64,000 nucleotides of DNA from the NCBI RefSeq assembly GCF_009914755.1, contig NC_060939.1; one strand, 5' to 3'. This DNA is from the human T2T-CHM13v2.0 reference genome, Homo sapiens. Positions 24,580-38,830 of this stretch are shown here, piece after piece. The notes under the pieces were generated by a model that was not told where the DNA came from, did no database searches, and worked only from the letters and a program-made list of their open reading frames with translations. The first letter of the stretch is position 1; every line of letters starts with the position of its first letter. The translations under genes were made by a program, and so were the position numbers.

Positions 24580-26498
24580 AAGCTATTATTGCCCAAACAC
24601 TTTTCAAATAAAATATTACCTTGATTACTTCCGAAATAAGGTAATTCTATAGTCTCATTGTGGAGACCTTTCAATGCCTTTATGTAAATTGATCCAAAAT
24701 ATTTTGTTCATTTTAACCCTAATTGATAATAACTTTTAAAAAGTTAAAAGGGATTTTATTTTTTCTACCCAATATTCCTCTTCCCTGAGATTGTTTCCCT
24801 ACCTCTGCCCAGTGTCCACAACTTTCCTATCCAGCCCATGAGTCATCTCTCACATATACTTCATTTTTTCTAAATTATAAGATCAATGAAGAGTTTTAGA
24901 GACATTCTTAATTTTGATTTTTAAAAAAGTCTCTTTCTGTGACCATCACTACTGTGTTCTGGTTTGTAAGTACTCCCCTTGGTGACTGTTTTCTATCATG
25001 TTAACAATTTATGTTTAGCCAATAGTTAAAAAAAATGTGTGCTGGAATAATTGTTGAAATAAACTAAATGACTCTGGATCAATTACCATAAGGCTGTCTT
25101 AAGAAGACTTGTTTTGTCTGCCTTAAAAGAAGACCCTTTAATAGGGTTTAAGAGAAATTTGTGTCTTCATTTTTTAGGCTCAGAATAACTAATTCTGACT
25201 GAAACTCTAAAAAGAATTGGAAACAGCAGTTAATTAAAAGCCATATAGTCCATGGTCAGGAGGTCCACATTCCTACCTAAGTAGACAGCATATTTCAAAA
25301 TGTTTATTAATATAGGATTTTTTCAAAACAAAGTTCAAAACTACAAAACTACTCTTTTGCTGTTGCTTAAGAGGGAGTTACCCCTTATGCAATTTATGAC
25401 TCAGATTATCTTCTTAAACAATGTTACCCACATAAACCTTACTTGAAATCAATGGTACTGGCATTCAAACATTTTCCTTATATGGAGTTAACTGTGTCCT
25501 CTATCATCTGACTGAACCAACTAAAGTCATTTCTCTTAAAGACATCAACAGCTCAAGGAAAAAAAAAGTTTTCTCCCTAGGGCTGGGGGAGGACTTTTAC
25601 TCTGCACTTTAAAATGTTTGCTCTGTTCCAAGAAGATATTAGGATCAGTTGACTGACAACAGGAAAAATTTTCCTGGCAGAGAAGGAAGCCAGAGGAGAT
25701 TCACATGCAGACAAAATTTTAACTATCAGGCTGTTTGTGTACCCCATGTCTATTCTAATATGCCAAGCTGGGATAAATCAAATGGGCTCTAAAAATAGGA
25801 GATAAAAATGCAATTTCACAATAATTCTGAAGTTTACAGAATATCCATCTTAAGTGTTTCTTTTTTACAGAGTTATTTATTACTGGGCAAAGCTAAATGG
25901 CTATTTCAATACATGCACTACTCAAAGAAAAAAAAAAATCCCTGAAAACTCTGCCTTTAAAAAGCGTTATAAAGATACAACAGTTTTACTGAAGTGCTAG
26001 TGTGGGTTTAGAGAGACTAGGACCCACACAGAGATGCCCAAAATCTGTTTGTAATCAGGAGGGAAAGCAGGACAGATGAGCCATGTAGTGCTTGGTAGAT
26101 GTGACCACTTTCCAGCTGGCCATCCCTCCACAGGAGAGGTCGGGACTGAAGTGCCCTGGCTCAGTGTGAGGTACATATCTATGCAGCTTGCCTCCATTAT
26201 GTCCTCAGATCTTTAGAGCTGACAATCTCTTACGGATGTGGAAGCTGGACTCCAGGCATGAATGCAGAGAACTAAGCACACATGAAAGCACTGTTGGGGT
26301 GGACATGAAGCAAATGCTGCATAGCCCTCAGGACGGACTCCAGTCAGCCTTTCATAGCAACTTTATGATCATCCAGTTTTCCTTGGTTTCTCAAAGAAAA
26401 TGTGCTCCTTGTGAGAATTAGTGGAACAACAGCTTGTAGATACCATCTTTAATTCCTGCCGTAATATATGTTATGAAAATCCCTCAAAGAGTACAGGA

Positions 26499-26936
<438 letters not shown>

Positions 26937-27272
26937 CTAGCTGTCTTCCCCTTGCTGGGGTGAGCCTTTGGCTTTTTTTCTTGCTAAGATATTTCACAGG
27001 CAAAATGAAGGGTGCAAATGAAAATTCAAACTCGAGGCATTCAGGGTTAATTCATGGCTTGCTAAACCATCTAAATTGAACTTTAAATAATTAGACTTAA
27101 AATATATTGGGTCAGAAGATAAATCTGATCACAGCAATACAAGAAGAATCTGATCTGGTTTTACCTTCATTCTTCCCTGAAGAAGGCTCATTTTGAGAAC
27201 AACTGAAGAACAAATTTAACTTAAATTTGATATAGATTGGATCAAGAAAACTAAAGACAATAGCGACAATGA

Positions 27273-27714
<442 letters not shown>

Positions 27715-29396
27715 ACCGATATATTTGTTTATAAAGCTTTCTTTATTTTAAAAAATAAAGCTATTTAGGAGAAGCATTTTTTGTGCCTCAAAACAATGCA
27801 GATAGAGAGAAACGGATACACAGAAATATTAACAGTTTGATTTTATTAAACTGTTAATTTCCTAATGATTTTTCCAGTTAGAACTTTTTTAGGATTATTT
27901 TAGGATTCTTTATTTTAATGTTTAATTTTTTCTTATTTTGGGGACCATTTTCCAAAAAGCATTACTTTCTGTTACTTCCAGTAAATGCATAGTATTTTAT
28001 GGAAAAGCTGTCTTTTGTTAGATAACTTTTTACCTCTTGGGAGGTGTTTTCTCTCTGTCTCTCATCTCTCAAAAATCCAAGGCAACTTATTTCAAATAAG
28101 TGGCAATAAATTGAAAATTTTCACAAGTGTTAATCTGGCCGAGGTGTACAATACTAATAAACCAAGAGCTTCAGGAATTGAGTTACTGGCTTAGCTAAGA
28201 CCTGACTAAAATGGTTTACATTTTTTTAAAGTACTAAAAAAAGCCTTTTCTAAAATCACAGTATGCTGTTTTTAAGTCAATTTTGGTTTGTCTCTTCCAT
28301 TTTTTTCTTGGTATGAACTTTGAATTTTAGGATTCTGAGGCAAAGATTTTAGTTGATTTCTAAGTGTAGGTAAATAACACTAACCTTATGATTAATTACA
28401 TCTTCATTTCTTTTCTTCTCTAGATTATTGATTACAATAAGTATTCTGTTTTTCTGCAATATGTTCTTTCTGCAACAAACAGAAATGTATAAAGAAGAAA
28501 ACCAAAGTCATTTATAATCCCACCATCTAGAGAGAACCTCTTTTTACATTACGATGAATTTCTTTCTAGTCTTTTGTGTGCATATATACATTTCCAAGTT
28601 ACTTATTTTGGATTTCATAACATAGATGTGCTATCTTTCATGTTGGCACTTAACAGAGAGTTTCATTTTTTACTTTCCTAGTGTCCTTTAACTGAAATTC
28701 CTTTACATGTGAAGCAACTGTCCTAGAATTTGGGAAGACCAATGACTGACAATTATTCTTCATTAGAGGAGTTACAATATGAAAATACTGCTTGGGAGCT
28801 GGTTAGCTGATACAAACAGTATGAACATTCTAGGGAGCTAGCTCCAGCTGCATTCTTTAAGTTGGCAGGCTATTCTAGAAGGCTAACAATACACTTGCGC
28901 AGAAAACAAATGTTCCCTGTTCCTGTCTATGAGGGGTAGATCCCTTCAGTTTGTCAAAATTCTTCTGCCATTTCTCCCTTTGCTGGAATCCAGTCCTGGA
29001 CATGCAGTGGACAATTATTGACTTCACTGGAACACACAGAGATGAAAACAGCTTCAAGTTCTGGGGTAGTAACCTTAGCCAGCCATCAAAGAATTATTTT
29101 ATTTATGCACTGTGAAAAGGATGGCTGGAGATATTTCTATCTGTATATCCATCCACTTCTCTCTCCATCTATCTATCTACATTGTTTTGAGGCACAAAAA
29201 ATGCTTCTCTTAAATAGCTTCATTTTTAAAAATAATGTTTTAAAAACAAATAGTATATGAAACATTTAAATCCCCTCTGCAATAGCATTTGTGTAATATT
29301 TCATAGTTGCACACCCAAATAAACAAAAGCCCAAAATGCCAAAAGGCAACCACCAAAATGGTATATAAAGGTTAGATAAATGTAATGGGCTTATAG

Positions 29397-29400
<4 letters not shown>

Positions 29401-29431
<31 letters not shown>
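29401..29431. repeat. (TG)n microsatellite
   Basis: About 15 perfect TG units. Confidence 0.98.
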
Positions 29432-29434
<3 letters not shown>

Positions 29435-30384
29435 CATACATGCATGAGCACTTTATTCAAAGTTTTACTCATTGAATATATATTACTTCAATAACATATT
29501 AGTTGAAAGTAACGTTACTTTTATGATAGATAAAACAAAGTAAGCTTATAAGGAAGAATTTTAAAAGTTCTCACTGCAATAATCTTTCAATTGCGGTTCT
29601 TAAAAGTATATTTGACCACAGAATGTATTTTAAAAATGTAATATCAAAACCTAAAACTGTCAAGACTATTTCTTTGCTGAATGTTATGGGTATTGCACTC
29701 CATGTTTTGTTTTAATATTTCATTTTCTCATCTCCTTATTTCCTCCTGTTCTCTCCTTCTTATAAATACTAGCATAGTCATACATCTAAACATTATCTTT
29801 TACTTTGGATGTTATGATGAGAGGGAGAAGAAAATTGATATGTTTTTACCTTTGCATTATTTCAACATGATCTCATATAGTTCTTTTAAACATTTTTGCC
29901 CTATATATTTTCTGTCCTTTCCTTCTCTCTCCATTTTCCTCTCTTTCCTAGAATAATCATGTTGATCTGCCGTATTGCAGAAGTAGCAGTAATGGTACTA
30001 CTAAAGGTGAATTTGAAAAATTTTACAACATTTATTATCATTGTGTCTGGGCATTGACTTAGCCTGTACATTATTCATATATGGAACCTCTAAAAGTCTT
30101 TAGGCTTCTTTATTTAAAATGGTATTCATTTGGTGAATATCTACCATGACCTTATCACCCAACATGTCACCAAGCAGCTAATCAGGCTGTCCTGATGTCC
30201 TACTATCAAGGTTAGTCTATTCATAAATGTCTTGGGAAAATCGTAATTGATTCTAGAAAAATCAAAGTGGGGACAACACTCCTGATCTCTTTTTCTGGAG
30301 GAAACACTGGTTAATATACATTACATATAACAGTGTCACATTTATTGAATAAATTAAGCTCTAAAGTGCCAAATAGAGCTCATT

Positions 30385-30640
30385 ATTGCCATCAAGCAAG
30401 CACTTACATGGTGCTTTCTATATGGCAAGCATTTGATCTAAATGCTTGATGTATATTAACTCATTTATTCCTCTAACAATCCTATGAATAGGTACAGTAT
30501 TATTCCTGTTTAACAGATGAGGAAATTGAGGAGCAGGGAGGTTACAGAAATTGCCCAAAGTCTTGTAGCTCTTAAGCAGCAAAACTAAGATTTAAAGCCA
30601 GACAGCTTACCTTCCGACGCCTTTCTCAATCACAATGCTA
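30385..30640 (-). mobile_element. MIR SINE
   Basis: aacaatcctatgaataggtacagtattattcctgtttaacagatgaggaaattgagg core. Confidence 0.85.
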
Positions 30641-32269
30641 TCATACTTTATTATCAGTATATATTTCATCATTTATTTTTTTAATATACAGAGCATTATC
30701 CATGCACAGGGAATGTAAAAAAATATAAAAGAGTTTCTGCCTTCAGGGTTCTTCAATCTAGTTAGAAAGAGTAAACAATATAAAATTGTAAACAATACTA
30801 GGCAGCAGAAGCAGTGACAAAGGAGTCATTCAGATGAGTTTTCTAGGATTTTTAAGGTGGCCTGGTCGGTGATAGCATGGGAAATTTGGAAAGGCTTCAT
30901 ATATCCAGACTTGTGAAAGATTTGGACCAAGGATCAAGATGCTCTTTAAGATCTTTAAAAAAAGTAATCAGAAATACAGGTAACTTAAAAATGTACTCAA
31001 ACTCACTAAGACAGATGGTCTGAAATAATCTGAATTATCTGTGGGTAGAGTGAGTACTTGATTAAACCCCAGCAGGTGAGTGAGAATTACTAATATAAAA
31101 CAATGGAATTTAAAACACAATTATTATGCCATTAATATAGAAGAACTAGAGTGATCAGATAATTCAGAAAATGCTTGCCTTGATGCCTTTAAAAGTGGGA
31201 CATGCAACGCCTTGGGCTGCAAACAATTAGTCCTGCATGTCAGAAGCTTGGGAGTGACAAGACCATTTGACAGCTCTGAACGATGAATCAGTGCCCAGGA
31301 GAACAGCAATCTAGAAACTGACTTGATTTGATACTTCTTTTTGCTTAAAGCAACCAACATTTCAGTGATCTATAGTACTCCAGGGTTATATTTATCTACA
31401 ATTACTGTAATGCAATTGTTTCAGAAGAAATAATGGGTAAGTTAAATAACAAGACCAATGGCACCTCAGGATAAATAAGAATACAGGAAAATTTAATTGT
31501 TAAAAATCCTGTATATCTATTTCTGCCACCTCTTTTAAGTTAACAGTAAAGTTATTTCATTTTTCTTCCATTTAACTCACAAGCTACAAGACTGTACTAT
31601 AGTTTGGCTCCCCATTTTAGCTAATTATAGTTTATTCTATAAATTCCATATTTACAGGGAACATTATGTATCAGTTTCTTAACATTAATGTCTTTTGTAG
31701 AATGTGTTCAGCTTACATATAGACTGAATATAGGTTGAATATTGGTTCAATAGATTGAAATATATTCAATATTTCAATGGATTCTAATAATCCGGTATAA
31801 TTATTTTCTCTCTAGTATTCCTACCATCCACTCAGTTATTCACAATTAGAAACCTAAGGGTCATTTTTGGTTCTTTCCTTTCCTTTTCTACTCATACTTA
31901 GTCAACACGTGTTCTTGATCATACTTCTTAAATATTTTATAAATGTGTATAATTCATAAAGGCAAATTATTTCCATAGACCCGGAGGCATATATATTCCT
32001 GCTGAAATTAGAACCCAGGTCTTTTGATTCCTCATTCAGCCCTTTATTCGATCTATGATACTTTCAGAGTAGGGACTTTCTTTTTAACTCAAATCTGTCC
32101 TTTCTCAATAAGTAACTACAGAGTAAAAAATAATAAATGCAAGCTCCCTGCAAACATTAAAAAAGGGCACAGAAATACCAATGAGTATTAATGTGCATAA
32201 AACACTATTAGCATTACCTATGACACTTGACTCTGAATTTATCATTCTTATGCTTCATTAAAGAATGTT

Positions 32270-33070
<801 letters not shown>

Positions 33071-34574
33071 AATGAACAATTAATCAGTTATTTCTATGGG
33101 CCAGGCATTGTGCTAAAGAACAAGCCTCACTTAGTATTCTGCAATAGACTACAATTAGATTCAACTGTTCACAGGCTATGATTGCACTAGAGGTGCATAA
33201 AAGAATTATCTCTAAAGCTAGGGTCTTCTCACTGCCAGTGAGTGGACAGTGAGTGCAGAAATATTTTTATTATGTGTATCCATTCATGTTAACTACATAT
33301 GCGATCCCGTTGCTTGTTCTGCTCCATGGCCCACACATCTCTTGAATGTAGAATACCTGCACCAGCTTTCTCTGAGGAGAATGAGGATCTGGTCCACTGG
33401 GAGTCTTACGACTTTTTAATTTTATGTCCTCAACTGTTTTACATAAGGGACCAGCAAATTGGAAGTTGGAAAGATTTTTGCAAATAGAGACAATGTAAAT
33501 GTTATTTTCAATTGAGCCTCATGTCCACCTTTTAAAACTAGATTACTCTTTCGGAGGTGACAGAGAGAGAGAATGACAGATCAGAGTTATAACTAGAAAA
33601 TAAGGAACATATTTCTTATCAGATGGTGCAATTTAATAAAAGTAACAACAAAGGAGGGGCTTGAGAATAATTATAGAGAAGTTCCTTAGCCATTTGAACT
33701 GGCAGTAGACAGTAAGAATTTATATGAACCCATTTAAGAATCTCATTTGGTTTCCAAACAGTATCTGCCAATAGTGATGTACAGAACAACTCCACAGCTG
33801 TTATTCATAATAAATGCTTACAAATATAAGAAAACTATTTGGCCATGGATCATGGGAGTTTTAAACAAATATACGTCTGGAAGGCAGAGCTCGTGTTGTA
33901 AATTTTATGCAAGGCCCTTAGAAATCTACTTCAGTAAACAGCAAATGTAGCCATTACTCCTACCTCAATGTGCAAACTTGTGGCGAAGAACACATGCTAC
34001 AGCCTTTACATGGGAGATCATCATATTCATGCAAAGTAATAAAAACAATCACAAAGATTCAGGCCCCAGTGTTTTCCTGCCACATAGCCATGTAAACAAT
34101 AACAAAGATTTAGATGCTACTCGAAAGAATCATAGAGATATTAAAAGATGATGATGCCAAAAATTCGAATTTCCGTTAATAATCGAAATAAAAACAAAGG
34201 GTTTTTTTCTGGTTTACATTTCTGGCTCCAAATGATGATGTTTCTATGAGGTTTTGGAGACATTCAGAACACAAATTCAATGGCTATATCTTTCATAAGT
34301 TTATTTTTCAATTATCTCATCTCTCTCCTGCTTCACCAACCCCGCGAAAACAAAAGATAAATAAAAGCAAACATCTAAAGGTAATGAGACAGGAAGAAGT
34401 AAAACATGTAGGTAACTCGATTGAGTTACTCAACTTTAACCCGGGGAAGTGGGTTTGACTTTCATAGTAACCAAAATTTCTAGTAATTCATGTTAGGATT
34501 AATTTTAGCTTCTGGATCTATGTTTTTCTTTTAGCTTAAATTACAGCATTGTTTGTAAAACTGTGGTCTACAGT

Positions 34575-34738
34575 ATTGTTTTTAAAATGTAACGTGCATT
34601 CAAAACACCTGGGGATCATATTAGAATGAAGATTCTGACTCAGTGGGTCTATCCTGTGGACTGAGAGTCTTTATTTTTAACGAATTCTCAGGTGACATTG
34701 ATGTCTCTGGTCCATGGACCACACTTTGAGTAGCAGGC
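34575..34738. mobile_element. MER5A hAT-Charlie MITE
   Basis: cacctgggga...gattctgactcagtgggtct...ctcaggtga...tggtccatggaccacactttgagtagca. Confidence 0.85.
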
Positions 34739-34755
34739 ATCTGGATTTGAGAATA

Positions 34756-35583
34756 TAGCAGATCCTCAAATAATGTAGTTTTGTTTAACACTGATGAGAA
34801 ATAAACAAATCAATCCCAGGCTGGGGCCACCATCTGTGTGGCATTTGCATGTTCTCCTCATGTCTGCATGGGTTTTCTCTGGATACTCCATTTCCTCCCA
34901 CATCCCAGCGACGTGCACTGCAGGTGAACTGGCATGTGTAAATGGTCTCAGTCTGACTGAGTGTGGCTGTGAGTTTAAGTGAGCACCTGTCCAGTGTGGT
35001 GCCTGCCTTGTGCCCTGAGCTACTGGGTTGTGTTCTGGGCCACCCTTGACCCTGAACTAGAATAAGAAAGCTGGAAAAGGAATAAGTGAATGAATACAAA
35101 TTATTATAAAATAAAAATGCGTGAAGTCTATGCTAATCATACAAATGATAATAAGCGACGCAGAACGAAATGCTCAGCAAGTCCACTACGTTTGTTATTG
35201 TTTGTTTTTGAATGTGTGGTGCTCGGAAGTGCTCCTTACAATTTTCACTTTGAAGAAATTTATTCCTTGATTTAACTCACCATGACTACAACTGCTGTCA
35301 CTCACTGAGTCATAAAAAATTGGGTAAATAATTATCTTACTTGTTTTTATTCATCCTTCTTAAGTGTACATATAGCTCACATTAATTTCAACGTTTAAGA
35401 TTAGATGTGTTTTTAATCTTTATTTAGAAGTTTAGTAACGTTTTTGTGACCAGAAATATGCCTAGGAACTTAACTCTTGTTTATATCAATTAGCCTATGG
35501 TAAAATTAGTTTTCTTATACATCATTTCACATAAAGTTGCAGTTTCCAGGAGCCTAGTGACAATGTTAAGTGAGGACTTACTG
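34756..35583 (-). mobile_element. MER6 (TcMar-Tigger non-autonomous DNA transposon), essentially full-length
   Basis: Terminal inverted repeats (tagcagatcctc ... gaggacttactg), TA on both sides, about 830 bp, characteristic internal tttgcatgttctcc...tcccacatccc core. Confidence 0.85.
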
Positions 35584-35802
35584 TATTAGTTCCTTGAGAT
35601 GCCTGGAGAGTTCTGTGCCTAGTATTAGTAAGTTAGGAACCACTGCATATTGTGTCATCCTCTTGAAGAGTCACAGTTGACATCAGCATATTAAAAAAAA
35701 CTCTGAAAATTTTAAGGTTTGAGACACTGGCACAAAGAAGAGTACATCCTAATTAGACCATTACTCCAAAATCGATTTCCTCAGAAAAACGATTATATTG
35801 CA

Positions 35803-36139
<337 letters not shown>

Positions 36140-36300
36140 TGAGAGGAAGAAGTTAGAAATAACGGGCTTTGTTGTACTTAGTGGGAGGAATATAATTTTA
36201 TTCTAGAAGGTAAATGAACTCTCTGAGATTTAGCTAGGGCAGGGCAGCAGAATGTGACAACAGTGGTGTTTCTGCCACAACTACAAAAAATATCATGATA

Positions 36301-36599
36301 CAGGGGTTGGCAAACTACAGCCCTTGTGGTCAGTTTTTGTATGAAGCAAAGAAAGGCTTTTATATTTTTTAATGGTTGAAAAACATCAAAAGATTAATAT
36401 TTTATGATGTGAAAATTATGTAAAATTAAATTTCAGTGTTTAAAGATTTATTGAAACACAGCCCCACCCATTTATTTATGTATTGTATACAGCTGCTGTC
36501 ACTGTACAAAAAAGAGGTGAGCAGTTGCTGAGAATGTATGGATCACAAAGTCAAAAGTATTTACTATCTGGCATACAGAAAAAAACCTGCCAACTTCTG
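36301..36599 (+). mobile_element. MER58B-like hAT-Charlie MITE
   Basis: caggggttggcaaacta start, tgccaacttctg inverted end, ttttattgaaacacagcc and atttactatctggc internal motifs. Confidence 0.85.
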
Positions 36600-37395
36600 C
36601 AACAATGGACATAAAAACATAAATTTACAAAGATTAAAATATATGGTATTTTATATTTTATTTTTCCCCTCCTCTTATTTTTAAAAATTATAGTTTATTG
36701 CCTAAGATTCAGTATTAGGCCCTATATTTTGTTTAGTGAGGGTGTCGAACTAAAGAAAAAATGCATAGGTGGTTAGATGGTATTTGTATTTAAGTATTTC
36801 TCAAGGCTTAACACTCAATTAGGACTTCAGGAACTTAGGCCTCTACATTGTTTGTATAATTAGGCCATCCTTCTAAGAAGCATGGAGCTTGTGAAATGGA
36901 AGATCTCTGGTTCTGCAGAACATCATAATGAATTTAGTATGTAAGTTTGACCCTTGGAACTGTGAAGAGCAGAAGAGCTCTGTAAAAGAAAGGGACAAAA
37001 ATCTGCAGAGTCCTAAAGGAAGAGAAAGAGAGAAAGACAGAGAGAGAGAGAAGAAATGAACAAATGGAAGATCATAGGTAACATAACATAAGCCCCTTCA
37101 AGAGAGCCCCTCAAAACATTCCAAAAGTCTGCAAATGACATGAATGCTTGAGGTAGGGGATTTTGTTGTGAAAATCTGGAAAGGGTGGAGTTTAACATTT
37201 GGGGTGAGTAATAGCTCAAACCCAAGAGATAAAGAAAACCAAGGAAATTAGTAGAAAAATTGGGGAAGGCACAAGGATTTCAGAAGCTGCATAATTGAGT
37301 AGTTCATACTTGAGTGGTTCATCTTACCTAGATCTCCAGAGAGAGGAAGGTAGCATCTGATATCTGACTTACATAATCAATAAATATTTGTCGAA

Positions 37396-37655
37396 AGTTA
37401 CAATTAGGAGGAATAATTTGGGGGGCTCTATTGCACAGTAGGGTGAAGATGGTTAACAGTAAGGTATATTACAAAACAGCTGGAAGAGGGTTTTTAATGT
37501 TTTCACCATAAAGAAATGATAAATGCATGCGGTGATGATGGATATGCTAAACCCTGATTTGACCATTACACAACATATACATGTGTCTAAACATCAAATT
37601 TTAGGCCATAAATACATACAATTACAATGTGTTAATTAAAAATAAAATAAATAAA
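37396..37655 (+). mobile_element. L1MA-like 3' end, heavily 5'-truncated
   Basis: L1MA 3'UTR motifs, (AAAT)n tail, TSD aataaatatttgtcgaa / aataaatatttgttgaa. Confidence 0.85.
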
Positions 37656-38629
37656 TAAATATTTGTTGAATGGTGAACTGGCACAAGTTACTTAACTTTG
37701 TAATGTCTCATTTCCTCTTCCAGCAAATGGGGACAAGAAAATCTACTTCTCGTCGCTGTGAGGATTAAATTCATTATGCATGTAGCCCTGTATCTGGCAT
37801 GTAATAGGGCCTCAACTGGTGGTAATTATTGTTCCCATTACTTTTGTTTCATAATTTTAAGCAGACTGTCAGGCACATAGTAGGTGCTCAAGTAGCATTT
37901 GTTGCATATGAAATAAAAAAATGTTCTCTCCATGACAAATGTGAACCCAGTATGAAACCATGGGTACCTTTTAAATAGTGCTGTAGTTTTACATTTTGAT
38001 TATGACTGAAAGGAACACTAATAAGACAAGTTGCCTAAACTGTTATGAAATTGGGATTATTACAGTGGCAGGTTCCTTTTACTCATAGTAGCCTTAACAC
38101 TATCAAACCTCTGAGGCCCTGGAGACTCATTGGCCCTACACCGCCATAAGATATCATGCAGAAATATCACAGCCTGTAGATGATTGTAATCAAACACTCC
38201 TAAGTTTGATTGAGACAAAGAGGCAAAGAGGATAGCAAAAAATATCTATTCATTTTAGAAAAAATGTGAATAAGGGAGCCACATGAGGAAAATGTTCTTT
38301 TTCCCTCAGAGCATTTTGGAAAATGTAACGTTTTACAACTGGCTGCTTCTTCCTTCCACATTTGAAGGTAGGACAAATTCAGAAAGGAAAATGGACCTTT
38401 ATCTCTGGCCTGTCTATGACCTTCAGCAGAGGTTGAGATGGAAAAGAAAAAGTAGCAGATCTTCTCCTGCACAACTACAGTGCACATTGCCCGATCTTTT
38501 TTGCATCATTATAAAGTATTAGAGCTAACCATAAAAAAGGACTGGATTTATAAACTCCTCATAACTGAAACAAGAGCCAGAGAACTATAAGTTTGAATCC
38601 AGATTTTCTTTTACCTTGTATGTGTGTGT

Positions 38630-38830
38630 AGGACGGTTTTTGAAGCATGTTCAATTACATTATCTCATTTGATTCTCATAACAACTCTATGAAGCAGGCT
38701 GGCATAATTGTTCTCCATTTTATAGAGAAGCACATTGAAATCCTTAGAGATTAAGGGTTTCATCCAATTTGAAATGATTAGAAAGTACCAGAGATGGGAC
38801 TAGGTCTTTCAGCTCTTTGTCCACTGCTCT
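38630..38830 (-). mobile_element. MIR SINE
   Basis: tctcatttgattctcataacaactctatgaag...ccattttatagaga core. Confidence 0.7.

Noticed and set aside
31730-31780. Overlapping ttgaa/ttcaa palindromes
   Set aside because: Low-complexity AT-rich sequence; not distinguishable from chance.
38310-38367. Acceptor/donor-like pair (ttccctcag ... gaag|gtagg)
   Set aside because: Isolated, with no recognisable peptide or partner exons; expected by chance.
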